Positions 1 to 9,690 of a stretch of DNA of 64,000 nucleotides are shown here, piece by piece (position 1 is the stretch's first letter; the number at the start of each line of letters is the position of its first letter). The stretch spans positions 928,001 through 992,000 of the forward strand of contig CBDBKE010000004.1 of the NCBI GenBank assembly GCA_965206645.1, given 5' to 3'. This DNA comes from Terriglobia bacterium. Lineage in GTDB: Bacteria > Acidobacteriota > Terriglobia > JAJPHL01 > JAPKYU01. Under the pieces are notes generated by a model. The model was not told where the DNA came from and ran no database searches. It was given only the letters and a program-made list of their open reading frames with translations. Both the position numbers and the translations under genes were made by a program.

Positions 1-29
1 CATTTTTTCGCCGCCGCGGGGGAAGAATG

Positions 30-1928
30 CTAGGGCTGCCAATCGGCAATAAAAATGTTGAATTCGTAACGCTCGCGGGCGTTGCGGTCCGACACAAACA
101 GTAGCTTCTTGCCATCTGGGGAAAACACCGGGAAGGAATTGAAGCCGCCTGAGTGGGTCACCTGCTCCAGACCGCTGCCATCCGTGTTCACCAGAAACAG
201 CTCGAAAAACCGGCTGTCGCAGCGGTTTTTGTTGGAAGAGAAGATGATGTTGCGGCCGTCGGGGGTGAAGAACGGGGCAAAGCTGGCGCAGCCGAATGAA
301 GTGATTTGGTGCGGGTTCAGGCCGTCGGCATCGGCCACGAACAATTCCATCTTCATGGGAGCGGTGAGGTTCCGGTCCAGCAGGCTGCGGTAGTCGGCCA
401 GGGCAGAGGTGCCGGCGGGATGGTGGGCGCGCCAGACGAGCCTGGTTCCGTCCGGCGAATAGAAGGCGCCCCCATCGTAGCCCGGCTTGTGCGTCAGTCG
501 CTTCACCTGCTTCCCGGCCAGGTCCATCGAGTACATGTTCAGGTCGCCCTCGCGCAGCGCCGTCCAGACGATCCTGCCAGTGCCCCAGCTCACCGTGGCC
601 TCGGCATCGTAGCCAGGCTGGTCGGTCAGCTTGCGAACGATTTTCCCGTTATCGCGGGCCAGGTAGATGTCGTAGCCGGGATAGATCGGCCAGACGTAGC
701 CGCGACTGCGGTCGGGCCGCGGGGGACACTCGGTGCTGGCCTCGTGGGTGGAGGCGTAGAGGAAGTGCTTGCCGTCGGGCAGAAAGTAGCCGCAGGTGGT
801 GCGCCCCTTGCCGGTCGAGACCATGCGCACGTCGGACCCGTCCGTGTTCATGATGAAGATCTGGTCGCACTTCAGGCCGTCGCGGGTGGCCTGGAAAATG
901 ATCTGTTTGCCGTCGGGCGAAAAATAAGCTTCCGCGTTCTGGCCGCCGAAGGTGAGCTGGCGGATGTTCTTTAAATGGCGCTCGCCGGGTAGCGCCAACG
1001 ACTGAGCGGGCCGCTGGCCAGCTGCGGCGACCTCCTCAGCAGAAGCTGGCGCGGAACCCGGGTGCACGAGGACTCCAGAGTCAACGGTTTCGCCAGTCCT
1101 CGAAACCGCCTGGAAATGCAGTTTGTCGCCCGCGATTTCCACCAGCAGGAAATGACGGTCCGTGTCGAATGCTTCGGCAGTCCAGTAGGTCCTGCGGACG
1201 TTCCTCTTGCGCAATTTTCCGGCTGCTCCACTAACAAAGTAATAAATGCCATTCTGGGGCTTGAGCCGCTCGTAGACATGATCGTGTCCGGCAAAGACGA
1301 CATTGACCCCGTACTTCACGAAAAGCGGTTCCAGTTTTCGGCGCAGCTTCATTGAGGAGCCGTGCCTTTTCCCGGATGAATAAATCGGGTTGTGGAAGAA
1401 GCAAATTTCCCACCGACTGTCAGAGCTGCGCAGCGCCTCTTCCAGCCAGCTCAGCTGGGCGCGGTCCATGCGAGTGCTGTCGAGCGCAAAGAGTTGGACT
1501 TGCGGCGCGGGCCGAAATGCGTAAAACCGTTTTCGGTCCATGTTGAACAGGGAATAAAAACGCTGTTTGGGATTGTCGTGATTACCCAGCGCAGCGTAAA
1601 ACTTGACATCGGCATCCAAAAGCGGCTTGTAGGGCAGTTCAAATTTCTTTTTATAATCGCCCGGACCTTCTCTCCCGTACAGGTTGTCTCCAAGCATCAA
1701 GACCAGCTCGAAAGAAGATTTCCGGTGAAACAGCGCTAGCTGCTCGGCCACCTCATATTGAGCTCGCTTGCCCGTACCAGCGTCGCCGATGACTGCGAAG
1801 CGCAGCGAGCCTTCCTGGAGGGGAAGCCGCAGCTCCTGGGCCGGCAGCAGGCTCGACAGCAGGAATAATACGAAGGCGGAGAGGATGCGGGGCACGTTCG
1901 CTCTGGGAGCCAGAACTTCAACGACCAT
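30..1928 (-). CDS. Secreted calcineurin-like metallophosphoesterase fused to a TolB-like (PD40) beta-propeller
   Basis: Signal-peptide-like N-terminus; metallophosphoesterase motifs IGDAG, LGDNLY, LGNHD, GHDH; C-terminal half has repeated FSPDGK/NTDGS PD40 units. Confidence 0.85.
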   Translation of the reverse strand: MVVEVLAPRANVPRILSAFVLFLLSSLLPAQELRLPLQEGSLRFAVIGDAGTGKRAQYEVAEQLALFHRKSSFELVLMLGDNLYGREGPGDYKKKFELPYKPLLDADVKFYAALGNHDNPKQRFYSLFNMDRKRFYAFRPAPQVQLFALDSTRMDRAQLSWLEEALRSSDSRWEICFFHNPIYSSGKRHGSSMKLRRKLEPLFVKYGVNVVFAGHDHVYERLKPQNGIYYFVSGAAGKLRKRNVRRTYWTAEAFDTDRHFLLVEIAGDKLHFQAVSRTGETVDSGVLVHPGSAPASAEEVAAAGQRPAQSLALPGERHLKNIRQLTFGGQNAEAYFSPDGKQIIFQATRDGLKCDQIFIMNTDGSDVRMVSTGKGRTTCGYFLPDGKHFLYASTHEASTECPPRPDRSRGYVWPIYPGYDIYLARDNGKIVRKLTDQPGYDAEATVSWGTGRIVWTALREGDLNMYSMDLAGKQVKRLTHKPGYDGGAFYSPDGTRLVWRAHHPAGTSALADYRSLLDRNLTAPMKMELFVADADGLNPHQITSFGCASFAPFFTPDGRNIIFSSNKNRCDSRFFELFLVNTDGSGLEQVTHSGGFNSFPVFSPDGKKLLFVSDRNARERYEFNIFIADWQP

Positions 1929-2189
1929 TGTATATGCATGGCGACCCGGATGGGCACCGGACGACCCGGGTCGTGATGCGCGTTTCCTCCTTCTTCCGGC
2001 TGATCACTGAGATGTCTCAGAGGGAACAGGAGTTACAAGACTTTTCAAACTCGACTGTTCCCCTCGCCTGAAACCTATTCCGTCTGGCGTGCATCTGAGT
2101 TTACAGGGCCAGAACAGTTCCCGGCGGCTCGCATCGAGCAGGACGCCGGGAGAAACCGGACTGGACCTAGACCTGGGAGGAGCGGAGAA

Positions 2190-2315
2190 ATGATTGCGAT
2201 AGCGATGGTAGCAATTTGGGTTGGCTTTGGCCTCACCGTCTACTGGTTCCGCCAGCAAACCGAGCATCACGGCCGCGTGCTGCGGTTGCTCCCCAGCGGT
2301 CGGAAGCGCAGATGA
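2190..2315 (+). CDS. Putative 41-aa single-pass membrane peptide (MIAIAMVAIWVGFGLTVYWFRQQ...)
   Basis: Read by hand, below the ORF-track cutoff; GGAGG/GGAG Shine-Dalgarno just upstream of ATG 2190; hydrophobic helix then basic tail. Confidence 0.5.
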   Translation: MIAIAMVAIWVGFGLTVYWFRQQTEHHGRVLRLLPSGRKRR

Positions 2316-2328
2316 AGCGACCGGGAAA

Positions 2329-2586
2329 ATGCTGGGAGCGACACTGAAACAAATCAAGTCGAAGCCGTGCGGCGGCAAGTGGGTTGTGATCGCCCTGCTG
2401 CTGGCAGCACTGGCCCTGCTTTTAAGTGTGAACCAGCACCAATCGCGGACTCTGGAGCGCCAGCGCGCAACTATTCGGAAGGTGCTGGACCAACGCCGGA
2501 AGGTGCTGGACCAACGGGAGGGTGGCCAGATCCTGGTCCCAGGGCCGCCGCCCGTGCTTCGGCGCATCGCTTCTCCTCGCACGTGA
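2329..2586 (+). CDS. Small hypothetical membrane-anchored protein
   Basis: ATG 2329 in ORF 2221..2586; one TM segment (WVVIALLLAALALLLSV) followed by a coiled-coil-like stretch with duplicated RKVLDQR. Confidence 0.5.
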   Translation: MLGATLKQIKSKPCGGKWVVIALLLAALALLLSVNQHQSRTLERQRATIRKVLDQRRKVLDQREGGQILVPGPPPVLRRIASPRT

Positions 2587-2781
2587 CGCCTTTCCCCCAC
2601 GAATCTTGCCACAGCCCCGCTCTCAGCGCGGGAGCTTGTACGCTCCCAGATCGTCAACCGGGCGGCCACCACGGAGTGCGTGATCCTGCCACGGCCACGG
2701 GCTGCAGGTTGACCCCTCAGGTCGACCCCTGCAGTTTGATCTCTTAAAGATATACTGGACAGAGCAGAAGCGAGCTGCACC

Positions 2782-3213
2782 ATGAAGGCTCTGTTTCTTT
2801 GCACCAGCAATTCGGCGCGCAGCCAGATGGCCGAGGGACTCCTACGGATGCTCGGACCGGCCGACTGGCAGGTCTACAGCGCCGGGACGCGACCCGTGGG
2901 CTTGAATCCGCACGCGGTCGCCGTGATGGCCGAGTTGGGCCGGGACATTTCCAGCCAGCGCTCCAAAGGAGTGGCCGAGGTGCCGGCCGATCCGGATCTG
3001 GCCATAACCGTCTGCGATAATGCCGCGCGCGAGTGCCCCGTGTTTCCGGGCAACGTGCGCCGGCTGCACTGGCCGGTGGACGACCCGGCTGCCAGTACGG
3101 GATCGCCCGAACAGGTGCGGCAGGCTTTCCGACGCGCCCGTGATGAACTGCGCGGTCAGATCCTGGAATTGCTCCGCGACATTCCCAAAAAAGAAAGAAC
3201 CAGCACCGCCTGA
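2782..3213 (+). CDS. arsC: Arsenate reductase, LMW-PTP/thioredoxin-coupled type
   Basis: CTSNSARSQMAEG P-loop, ITVCDNA..ECP and HWPVDDPA motifs. Confidence 0.85.
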   Translation: MKALFLCTSNSARSQMAEGLLRMLGPADWQVYSAGTRPVGLNPHAVAVMAELGRDISSQRSKGVAEVPADPDLAITVCDNAARECPVFPGNVRRLHWPVDDPAASTGSPEQVRQAFRRARDELRGQILELLRDIPKKERTSTA

Positions 3214-3276
3214 GCGAGCATGAACACGGATTCATTGCGCACATCCGCCCTTCGTTGCTAGAGTAAAAGGCCCTGG

Positions 3277-5112
3277 ATGGCAGCCGAAACGCTTACCTCT
3301 GCCTTGCGGACGATCAACGACATCATCTTGCTGATCGCCGGGCGCGAATTTCGCGAGACGCTGCGGCACAAACCTGCGGGCGCCTGGGTCTCGATCCAGG
3401 CGCGCGAAATGTTCCGCCAGGTAGTGTGGCTGGCCCGAGGACTGGAACGGCTGGGTGTCGTGCCTGGCGACTGTGTGGCGTTGCTGTCGGACAACCGGCC
3501 GGAATGGGCGGTGGCCGATTTTGGCATCCTGGGCCGCGGCGGCGTCACGGTCCCGCTTTATCCCACCCTGCCGGCGCACTCTTGCGAGTACATCCTTCAG
3601 GATTCGGGCGCCTGCGGCATCGTGGTCTCCAACAAAGCCCAGCTGGAAAAGATTTGCAGTGTTTGGGACCGGCTGCCGCGGCTGCGTTGGGCCGTCGCGA
3701 TGGAAGGGGTGCCCGTCAGCGCCGCCCCCTTCCGCCCATTTTCGGACGATGCCGACGAGAAACGCCAGCTGGCCTGGCGAGATCTGGTCGGGGACGCGGC
3801 GCTGGCTTCGGCGGAAGGGGCGCGATTCGCGAAGACGGCTCGAGCGGTGCGCCCGGAAGACCTTGCCAGCATCATCTACACCTCGGGTACCACCGGCACA
3901 CCCAAGGGAGTGATGCTCACCCACGCCAATATCGTCTCCAACGTGCTGGCTTCGGCGAACCTGTTTCAGCCCGATGACTTGGCCCTATCGTTCCTGCCGC
4001 TGGCCCACATTTATGAACGGATGGTGGATTACACCTACCTGTACAACGATGTGCCCATTGCCTACGCGGAAAGCATCGAGGCAGTGTCCCAGAATTTGCT
4101 GGAGGTGCGCCCGACGGTGCTGGCCGCCGTTCCACGCTTTTTTGAGAAGATGCACGGTCGTGTGATGGATGCCGTGCGCCAGGCGCCAGCGCCACGGCGC
4201 TGGCTGTTCCGGTGGGCCGTGGGTGTCGGGCAGCAGGCCCTGCGCCGCCGCGTGGCCGACCAGCAGTTACCCACCGGCCTGTCGCTGCGCCACGCTTTGG
4301 CTGAGCGGCTGGTGTTCGGTCGCTTGCGTGCCCGGCTCGGCGGCCGCATCCGTTTCTTTCTCTCCGGCAGCGCTCCGCTGTCGCCAGCGCTGTCGGAATT
4401 CTTCAATGCTGCCGGCGTGACGGTCTGCGAGGGCTACGGCCTGACAGAAACCTCACCGGTGGTGGCCACCAATGTTCCCGGGCGGAACCGCCCAGGAACA
4501 GTGGGCAGGCCCCTAGCTGGGGTTGAGGTGCGGATCGCCGAGGACGGCGAAATTCTGGTGCGGGGGCCGAACGTGATGAAGGGCTACTATAATCAGCCGG
4601 AGGAAACCACGCAGGTCCTGAAGGACGGATGGTTTCACACCGGCGATATTGGCGAACTCACCTCCGAGGGCGACCTGCGCATCACCGACCGCAAGAAGGA
4701 CCTGTTCAAAACCGCAGGTGGCAAGTACGTCGCGCCTCAGCCCATCGAGAACCGGATGCGGGCTTGTCCGTATCTTCTCAATGCGGTGCTGGTGGGCGAC
4801 CGGCGTCCTTACGTGGTGGCCCTGCTGGTGCCCGACTTCGACAAGCTGGCGGAATTCGCCCGGCAGCGCGGCCTGCCTTGCAGCTCCCCCGGCGAGCTGG
4901 CGCGCCACGAGCAGGTGCACGCGCTGCTGCAACGGGAAGTGGACGCGGTAAACGCCGAGCTCGCTCGCTTTGAGCAGATCAAGCGTTTTGTCGTGCTGGA
5001 GCGCGATTTCTCGATCGAGTCCGGGGAACTGACGCCAACGATGAAAGTCCGCCGCCGGGTGGTGGTACAGCAATATCGCGACGCGGTGGAATCGCTTTAC
5101 GGCGAAACATGA
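3277..5112 (+). CDS. Long-chain fatty acid--CoA ligase (AMP-dependent synthetase)
   Basis: IIYTSGTTGTPKG AMP-binding motif, EGYGLTETSP, GWFHTGDIG, ITDRKKD, ELTPTMKVRR. Confidence 0.92.
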   Translation: MAAETLTSALRTINDIILLIAGREFRETLRHKPAGAWVSIQAREMFRQVVWLARGLERLGVVPGDCVALLSDNRPEWAVADFGILGRGGVTVPLYPTLPAHSCEYILQDSGACGIVVSNKAQLEKICSVWDRLPRLRWAVAMEGVPVSAAPFRPFSDDADEKRQLAWRDLVGDAALASAEGARFAKTARAVRPEDLASIIYTSGTTGTPKGVMLTHANIVSNVLASANLFQPDDLALSFLPLAHIYERMVDYTYLYNDVPIAYAESIEAVSQNLLEVRPTVLAAVPRFFEKMHGRVMDAVRQAPAPRRWLFRWAVGVGQQALRRRVADQQLPTGLSLRHALAERLVFGRLRARLGGRIRFFLSGSAPLSPALSEFFNAAGVTVCEGYGLTETSPVVATNVPGRNRPGTVGRPLAGVEVRIAEDGEILVRGPNVMKGYYNQPEETTQVLKDGWFHTGDIGELTSEGDLRITDRKKDLFKTAGGKYVAPQPIENRMRACPYLLNAVLVGDRRPYVVALLVPDFDKLAEFARQRGLPCSSPGELARHEQVHALLQREVDAVNAELARFEQIKRFVVLERDFSIESGELTPTMKVRRRVVVQQYRDAVESLYGET

Positions 5113-6077
5113 TCGAACGACTGCTGGACCTGCCGCTGTATCGGCTAGAGCTGCCCACTCCGTTTCCGGTGGGCCCGGTGAACGTGTACCTGGTGACCGA
5201 GCCGGAAGCGGTGCTGGTGGATACCGGTCCCGGGATGCAGGAAACCCTGGACTTGTTGGAGAAGCTGCTGAGCGAGGCTGGCTTGCGCCTGGAGCAGTTG
5301 AGGAAGATCGTGGTGACCCACGGGCACGTGGATCACTACGGACTGGCCCGGACGGTGGTTGGCCGCTCCGGCGCGCCCCTCTATGCAAGTCCCCGGGACG
5401 GCTTGTATTTCAGCCACCATCAGGAACGGTTGGACGACTTCTACCGCTCCATGCTGGAGCAGGCCGGCACACGAGAGTCGGCGCAGCGCGTCATGTGGGA
5501 GAGAATCACGGCGCTGCGTGGCCTGGCCGAGCCGCTGGAGAAGTATCAGCCTATTGAGCAACTGGGCTCCTTACCATGCGGCTCGGTGGCATTTCAGCCA
5601 GTGTCCAGCCCGGGGCACACACCGGGCAGCTTTTGTTTCTTTGAGCCATCCCAGCGCGTTCTGCTCTCTTCCGACACCGTGTTACGGAACATCACTCCCA
5701 ATCCCATGCTCAGCCTGGACCGGACCTCGCCCCGGCTGCGGTTCCCCGCTTTGGGGGCGTATCTGGAGAGTCTCCAGCGAATCCGCCAACTGAATCCGGC
5801 TGTTATCTACACCGGGCACGGAGAGCCAGTGACGAACTACCCGGAATGGCACGATCAACTGGTCCATCACCATGAAAAGCGCAAGGGCCGTCTCCTCGAA
5901 TGCCTGCGGCATAAGCAACAAACGGTTTTTGAGCTATCCGCCTGTCTATTCCCACAGGCGCGCACTTCTTCGATGTTCCTGGCCATCTCGGAAGTATTCG
6001 CCCACCTGGACCTGATGGAGGACGCCGGCCAGGTGCGCAAGCGTTTGGACGGCCCCGTGGCCATGTACTGGGTCTAA
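5109..6077 (+). CDS. MBL-fold metallo-hydrolase
   Basis: THGHVDHYG, PGHTPG and GHG motifs; ATGA overlap with the upstream ligase. Confidence 0.88.
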   Translation: MIERLLDLPLYRLELPTPFPVGPVNVYLVTEPEAVLVDTGPGMQETLDLLEKLLSEAGLRLEQLRKIVVTHGHVDHYGLARTVVGRSGAPLYASPRDGLYFSHHQERLDDFYRSMLEQAGTRESAQRVMWERITALRGLAEPLEKYQPIEQLGSLPCGSVAFQPVSSPGHTPGSFCFFEPSQRVLLSSDTVLRNITPNPMLSLDRTSPRLRFPALGAYLESLQRIRQLNPAVIYTGHGEPVTNYPEWHDQLVHHHEKRKGRLLECLRHKQQTVFELSACLFPQARTSSMFLAISEVFAHLDLMEDAGQVRKRLDGPVAMYWV

Positions 6078-6085
6078 CTGCTGCT

Positions 6086-7090
6086 ATGTCGCATCGCGTT
6101 ACCTTGATTCCTGGCGACGGCATTGGCTCGGAAGTCTCCGCGGCCACGGTGCGTCTGGTGGAGGCCACCGGGGTGCGGGTGGAGTGGGAAACCATCAAGG
6201 CGGGGGCGGACGCGTTGTCCGAGTACGGCACCTTCCTGCCGGACTCGCTGCTGGAGTCACTGCGCCGCAACGGGGTGGGGCTGAAGGGGCCCATCAGCAC
6301 GCCCATCGGCGGCGGTTTCTCCAGCATCAACGTAGCGCTGCGCAAGGCGCTGGACCTGTACGCGAACTTCCGGCCCGTGCGCAACCTGCCGGGGCTGGCC
6401 ACCCGCTTCGGAGACGTGGACCTGGTCATCTTCCGCGAGAATACCGAGGGCCTGTACTCCGGGCTGGAACACGAGGTGATCCCCGGGGTAGTCGAGAGTT
6501 TGAAGATCATCACCGAGCGCGCTTCCACCCGGATTTCCCGCTACGCGTTCGAATACGCCCGCCGCGTGGGGAGGAAGAAAATCTCCTGCATCCACAAGGC
6601 CAACATCATGAAGCTGAGCGACGGGCTGTTCCTGCAATCGAGCCGGGCCGTGGCCCGCCAGTATCCCGACATCGTCTACGACGAGCTGATCGTGGACAAC
6701 ACCTGCATGCAGCTGGTGATGAATCCCCACCAGTTCGACACGCTCCTGCTGGAAAACCTATACGGCGACATCATCTCCGACCTCTGCGCCGGGCTGGTTG
6801 GAGGCCTGGGATTGGTGCCGGGCGCCAACCTGGGCGACCACAGGGCAATCTTCGAGGCGGTGCATGGCAGCGCCCCCGACATCGCCGGCAAGAACGCGGC
6901 CAATCCCACCGCCATGATGCTCTCGGCGGTGCTGATGCTCCGGCACCTGGGCGAGCAAGAGGCCGCCGACCGCGCCGAACGCGCCATCCATACTGTGTAT
7001 GCGGAAGGTCGCGCATTGACCCGCGAGGTGGGCGGGCAGGCCTCCACATCCCAATTTACTGAGGCCGTGCTGCAGGCTCTCGAGCGCTGA
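6086..7090 (+). CDS. Isocitrate/isopropylmalate dehydrogenase family protein, probably NAD-dependent IDH
   Basis: LIPGDGIG, RENTEGLY, HKANIMK, NLYGDIISD, FEAVHGSAPDIAG. Confidence 0.9.
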   Translation: MSHRVTLIPGDGIGSEVSAATVRLVEATGVRVEWETIKAGADALSEYGTFLPDSLLESLRRNGVGLKGPISTPIGGGFSSINVALRKALDLYANFRPVRNLPGLATRFGDVDLVIFRENTEGLYSGLEHEVIPGVVESLKIITERASTRISRYAFEYARRVGRKKISCIHKANIMKLSDGLFLQSSRAVARQYPDIVYDELIVDNTCMQLVMNPHQFDTLLLENLYGDIISDLCAGLVGGLGLVPGANLGDHRAIFEAVHGSAPDIAGKNAANPTAMMLSAVLMLRHLGEQEAADRAERAIHTVYAEGRALTREVGGQASTSQFTEAVLQALER

Positions 7091-7212
7091 TCCGGTTGGC
7101 AAGCGCGATTCCGGATTTCCTCCAGGGATTCCGTCCAAACCGCAGCGTCCCCGAAGGGCTTGCACGATCGGATGGCGCGGGGCTACCATGCTCAATAACC
7201 CTCGGGGCACGA

Positions 7213-7228
7213 TGCGATCTACGTCGCA
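7213..7228. promoter_or_regulatory. CRP-family-like palindromic site upstream of pilT
   Basis: TGCGA-tctacg-TCGCA; perfectly palindromic arms with the spacing of the TGTGA-N6-TCACA consensus. Confidence 0.5.
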
Positions 7229-7431
7229 AACCAGGTGCGCCTGCCAGCAGCCTAGCGCCTACGGGAGTGAGTGAACGCGGTGGCCCGATCCCGTTGCCGT
7301 TCCAGCATAGAAGCAGAGAGTCTCACCGGCGAGTGTCATTGCCGAGCCGATTTGGAATCTAAATTGACACTCTGCTTTACGCTGTGGCTTAATCGGAAAG
7401 CAAGCCGAGATTTTGTCCCCAGGGAGCAGCT

Positions 7432-8565
7432 ATGCATATCGACGAGTTGTTGCGAATGGCAGTGGAGCGCAAGGCCAGCGACCTGCACCTGAAGGTCGGC
7501 AACCACCCCTACCTGCGGATTGACGGGCAACTGGCGCCGCTGAGCGATATCCCGCGACTCACTGCCGAGGACATGTTGAACATGGCCTTCAGCATGATGT
7601 CCAACCGGCAGAAGCAGAAGTTCAAAGAGACGGCCGAGCTGGACATGGCCTACGGGGTAGCCGGGCTGGGCCGCTTTCGAGTGAACGTGTTTCAGCAGCG
7701 GGGCAACCTGGGGCTGGTGCTGCGGGTGGTGCCCACCAAGATCCGCACGGTCGAGGAGTTGAACATGCCCCGCATCGTGGGATTGATCTGCAACGAGCGA
7801 CGGGGGCTGGTGCTGGTGACCGGCACGACCGGCAGCGGCAAGTCCACCACTTTGGCGTCCATGATTGACCGCATCAATTCCTCGCGCACCGACCACATCA
7901 TCACCATCGAGGACCCGATCGAATACCTGCACCGGGACAAGAAGGGGTTCGTCAACCAGCGCGAAGTGGAGGTGGACACGCACAACTTCTCGGCCGCTTT
8001 GCGGGCTGCCTTGCGGCAGGACCCGGACGTGATTCTGGTGGGCGAAATGCGCGACCTGGAAACTATCGGCACCGCCCTGTTGGCCGCCGAAACCGGCCAT
8101 TTGGTTTTCTCTACCTTGCACACCCTGGACGCCGCTGAGACCATCCAGCGCATCATTGCCGTCTTTCCGCCCCCGGAGCAGAAGCAGATCCGTTTGCAGC
8201 TAGCTAGCACGCTGAAGGCCGTGGTTTCGCAGCGGCTGGTACGGAAGGCGGATGATATCGGGCGGGTCCCCGCAGTTGAAGTGCTGATCACCACCGCCTT
8301 TGTTCGCGACTGTCTCGTCAACCCGGACAAGACCCGGATGATCAGGGAGGCGATCGCTACCGGCACCTCTCAGTACGGCATGCAGACGTTCGACCAGTCG
8401 CTCTACGACCTCTACACCCAGGGACTGGTCACCTACGAGGAATGCCTGGCTCAGGCGAGCAACCCGGACGAGTTCAAACTGCGCGTCCAGGGCATCAGCT
8501 CCACGGCCGATGTGGCCCGCGACCAGATGCAGGCGGCCATCGGCGGCGCGGACTACCAGCGGTAG
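7432..8565 (+). CDS. pilT: Type IV pilus retraction ATPase (PilT/PilU family)
   Basis: ASDLHL, GTTGSGKST Walker A, TIEDPIE, LRQDPDVILVGEMRD, GMQTFDQ. Confidence 0.93.
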   Translation: MHIDELLRMAVERKASDLHLKVGNHPYLRIDGQLAPLSDIPRLTAEDMLNMAFSMMSNRQKQKFKETAELDMAYGVAGLGRFRVNVFQQRGNLGLVLRVVPTKIRTVEELNMPRIVGLICNERRGLVLVTGTTGSGKSTTLASMIDRINSSRTDHIITIEDPIEYLHRDKKGFVNQREVEVDTHNFSAALRAALRQDPDVILVGEMRDLETIGTALLAAETGHLVFSTLHTLDAAETIQRIIAVFPPPEQKQIRLQLASTLKAVVSQRLVRKADDIGRVPAVEVLITTAFVRDCLVNPDKTRMIREAIATGTSQYGMQTFDQSLYDLYTQGLVTYEECLAQASNPDEFKLRVQGISSTADVARDQMQAAIGGADYQR

Positions 8566-8708
8566 ACTCCAATCTCCAGTCCTGCGGCTTCGGGCGTGCT
8601 GGAGGGCCAACACTCCGCCGGGCGTGGAGCCCTTCTTCTGCATTCTGATAACCTGCCCATGCCCCTGCTAACGCCATGGGCCGCACCCAAAAAGGATAGA
8701 ATCTCTCC

Positions 8709-9299
8709 ATGAGTGGCGGGCGACGGGCGGGAAAGCCGCGAGCCCCAAAGCGCCTGGCGGAGGAAGAGCTGTATTGGCACGCGGTGAAGCAACTGGCGGT
8801 GCGGGCGCGTTCGGTGGCCGAACTCCGCCGCCTGCTGGAGCGCCGCGCCCTGCGCCGGCAGGACGTGCCGACGGTGCTGGCCCGCGTGAAGAAGCGCGGC
8901 TATCTGAACGACGAGCGCTTTGCCGAAACCTTCGCTGCGGCCCGGCTGGAAAACCAGCGCCTGGGCAGGCTGCGCGTGATCCATGACTTGCGTCTGCGCC
9001 TGGTGGCCCCGGAAGTGGCCCAGAGCGCGGTCTGCAGCGCTTACCAAGGAGTGGACGAAGCCCACCTACTGCGGCAGCACTTGGCCCGCCGACTGCGCTC
9101 CGACCGGCTGGGTCATAGTGGCCTTCGCCAGAACCCCCGGCCACTCGAAAACCCCCAGAAGCTAGCTTCCCTCTACCGCGCTCTGCGCCGTGCCGGCTTC
9201 GCCCACGGTGCCGTCCTGACAGAGCTGCGGCGACTCCAGGCCAACCCCGAACTGCTGGAACATCTGGAGGAGCAGAGTGACAGCCATGAGGAAGACTGA
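8709..9299 (+). CDS. recX: Regulatory protein RecX
   Basis: RARSVAELRRLL, GYLNDERFA, LRRAGF helical repeats; upstream of alaS as in the common recX-alaS synteny. Confidence 0.85.
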   Translation: MSGGRRAGKPRAPKRLAEEELYWHAVKQLAVRARSVAELRRLLERRALRRQDVPTVLARVKKRGYLNDERFAETFAAARLENQRLGRLRVIHDLRLRLVAPEVAQSAVCSAYQGVDEAHLLRQHLARRLRSDRLGHSGLRQNPRPLENPQKLASLYRALRRAGFAHGAVLTELRRLQANPELLEHLEEQSDSHEED

Positions 9300-9690
9300 A
9301 ATAAACACTCGAAGTCTTTCCGATAACCCCTTCCAGGCAGGAGGCATCGTTTTTCTGGCAAGAACATGGGGCTTGAAAAATGGTCGCGCCCAATTCACAG
9401 GACCGCTGAAAGTGGTCCGCATATGCACTGAGAACATTTACCTGGAAGCCACCGAGTGGCCCGATAGCGACGGCCCATGGTGGAGCTGGAGATTTTGCAG
9501 ACAAGCGCGGGATCACGCAGGCGAGCAGGCTCTGCCTGCACTGCAAACAGGTCATGCGCAATTGTTAACCGATTCCGTGGAGTTCTGGCCATCGCGCCGC
9601 AAACCTGCGCATCCGGGCACCGAGCTTGGGAACCTGGCACCTCGGAGATGCGCCGGAAAACGCCACGCCCTGCTACTCGAAGACGCGGGC

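Noticed and set aside
2004-2810. 268-aa minus-strand ORF
   Set aside because: Arg/Ser-rich shadow overlapping better-supported plus-strand ORFs and the arsC start.
2782-3213. Arsenic-resistance operon
   Set aside because: arsC stands alone, with no arsR or efflux gene adjacent; solitary ArsC-like genes are common.
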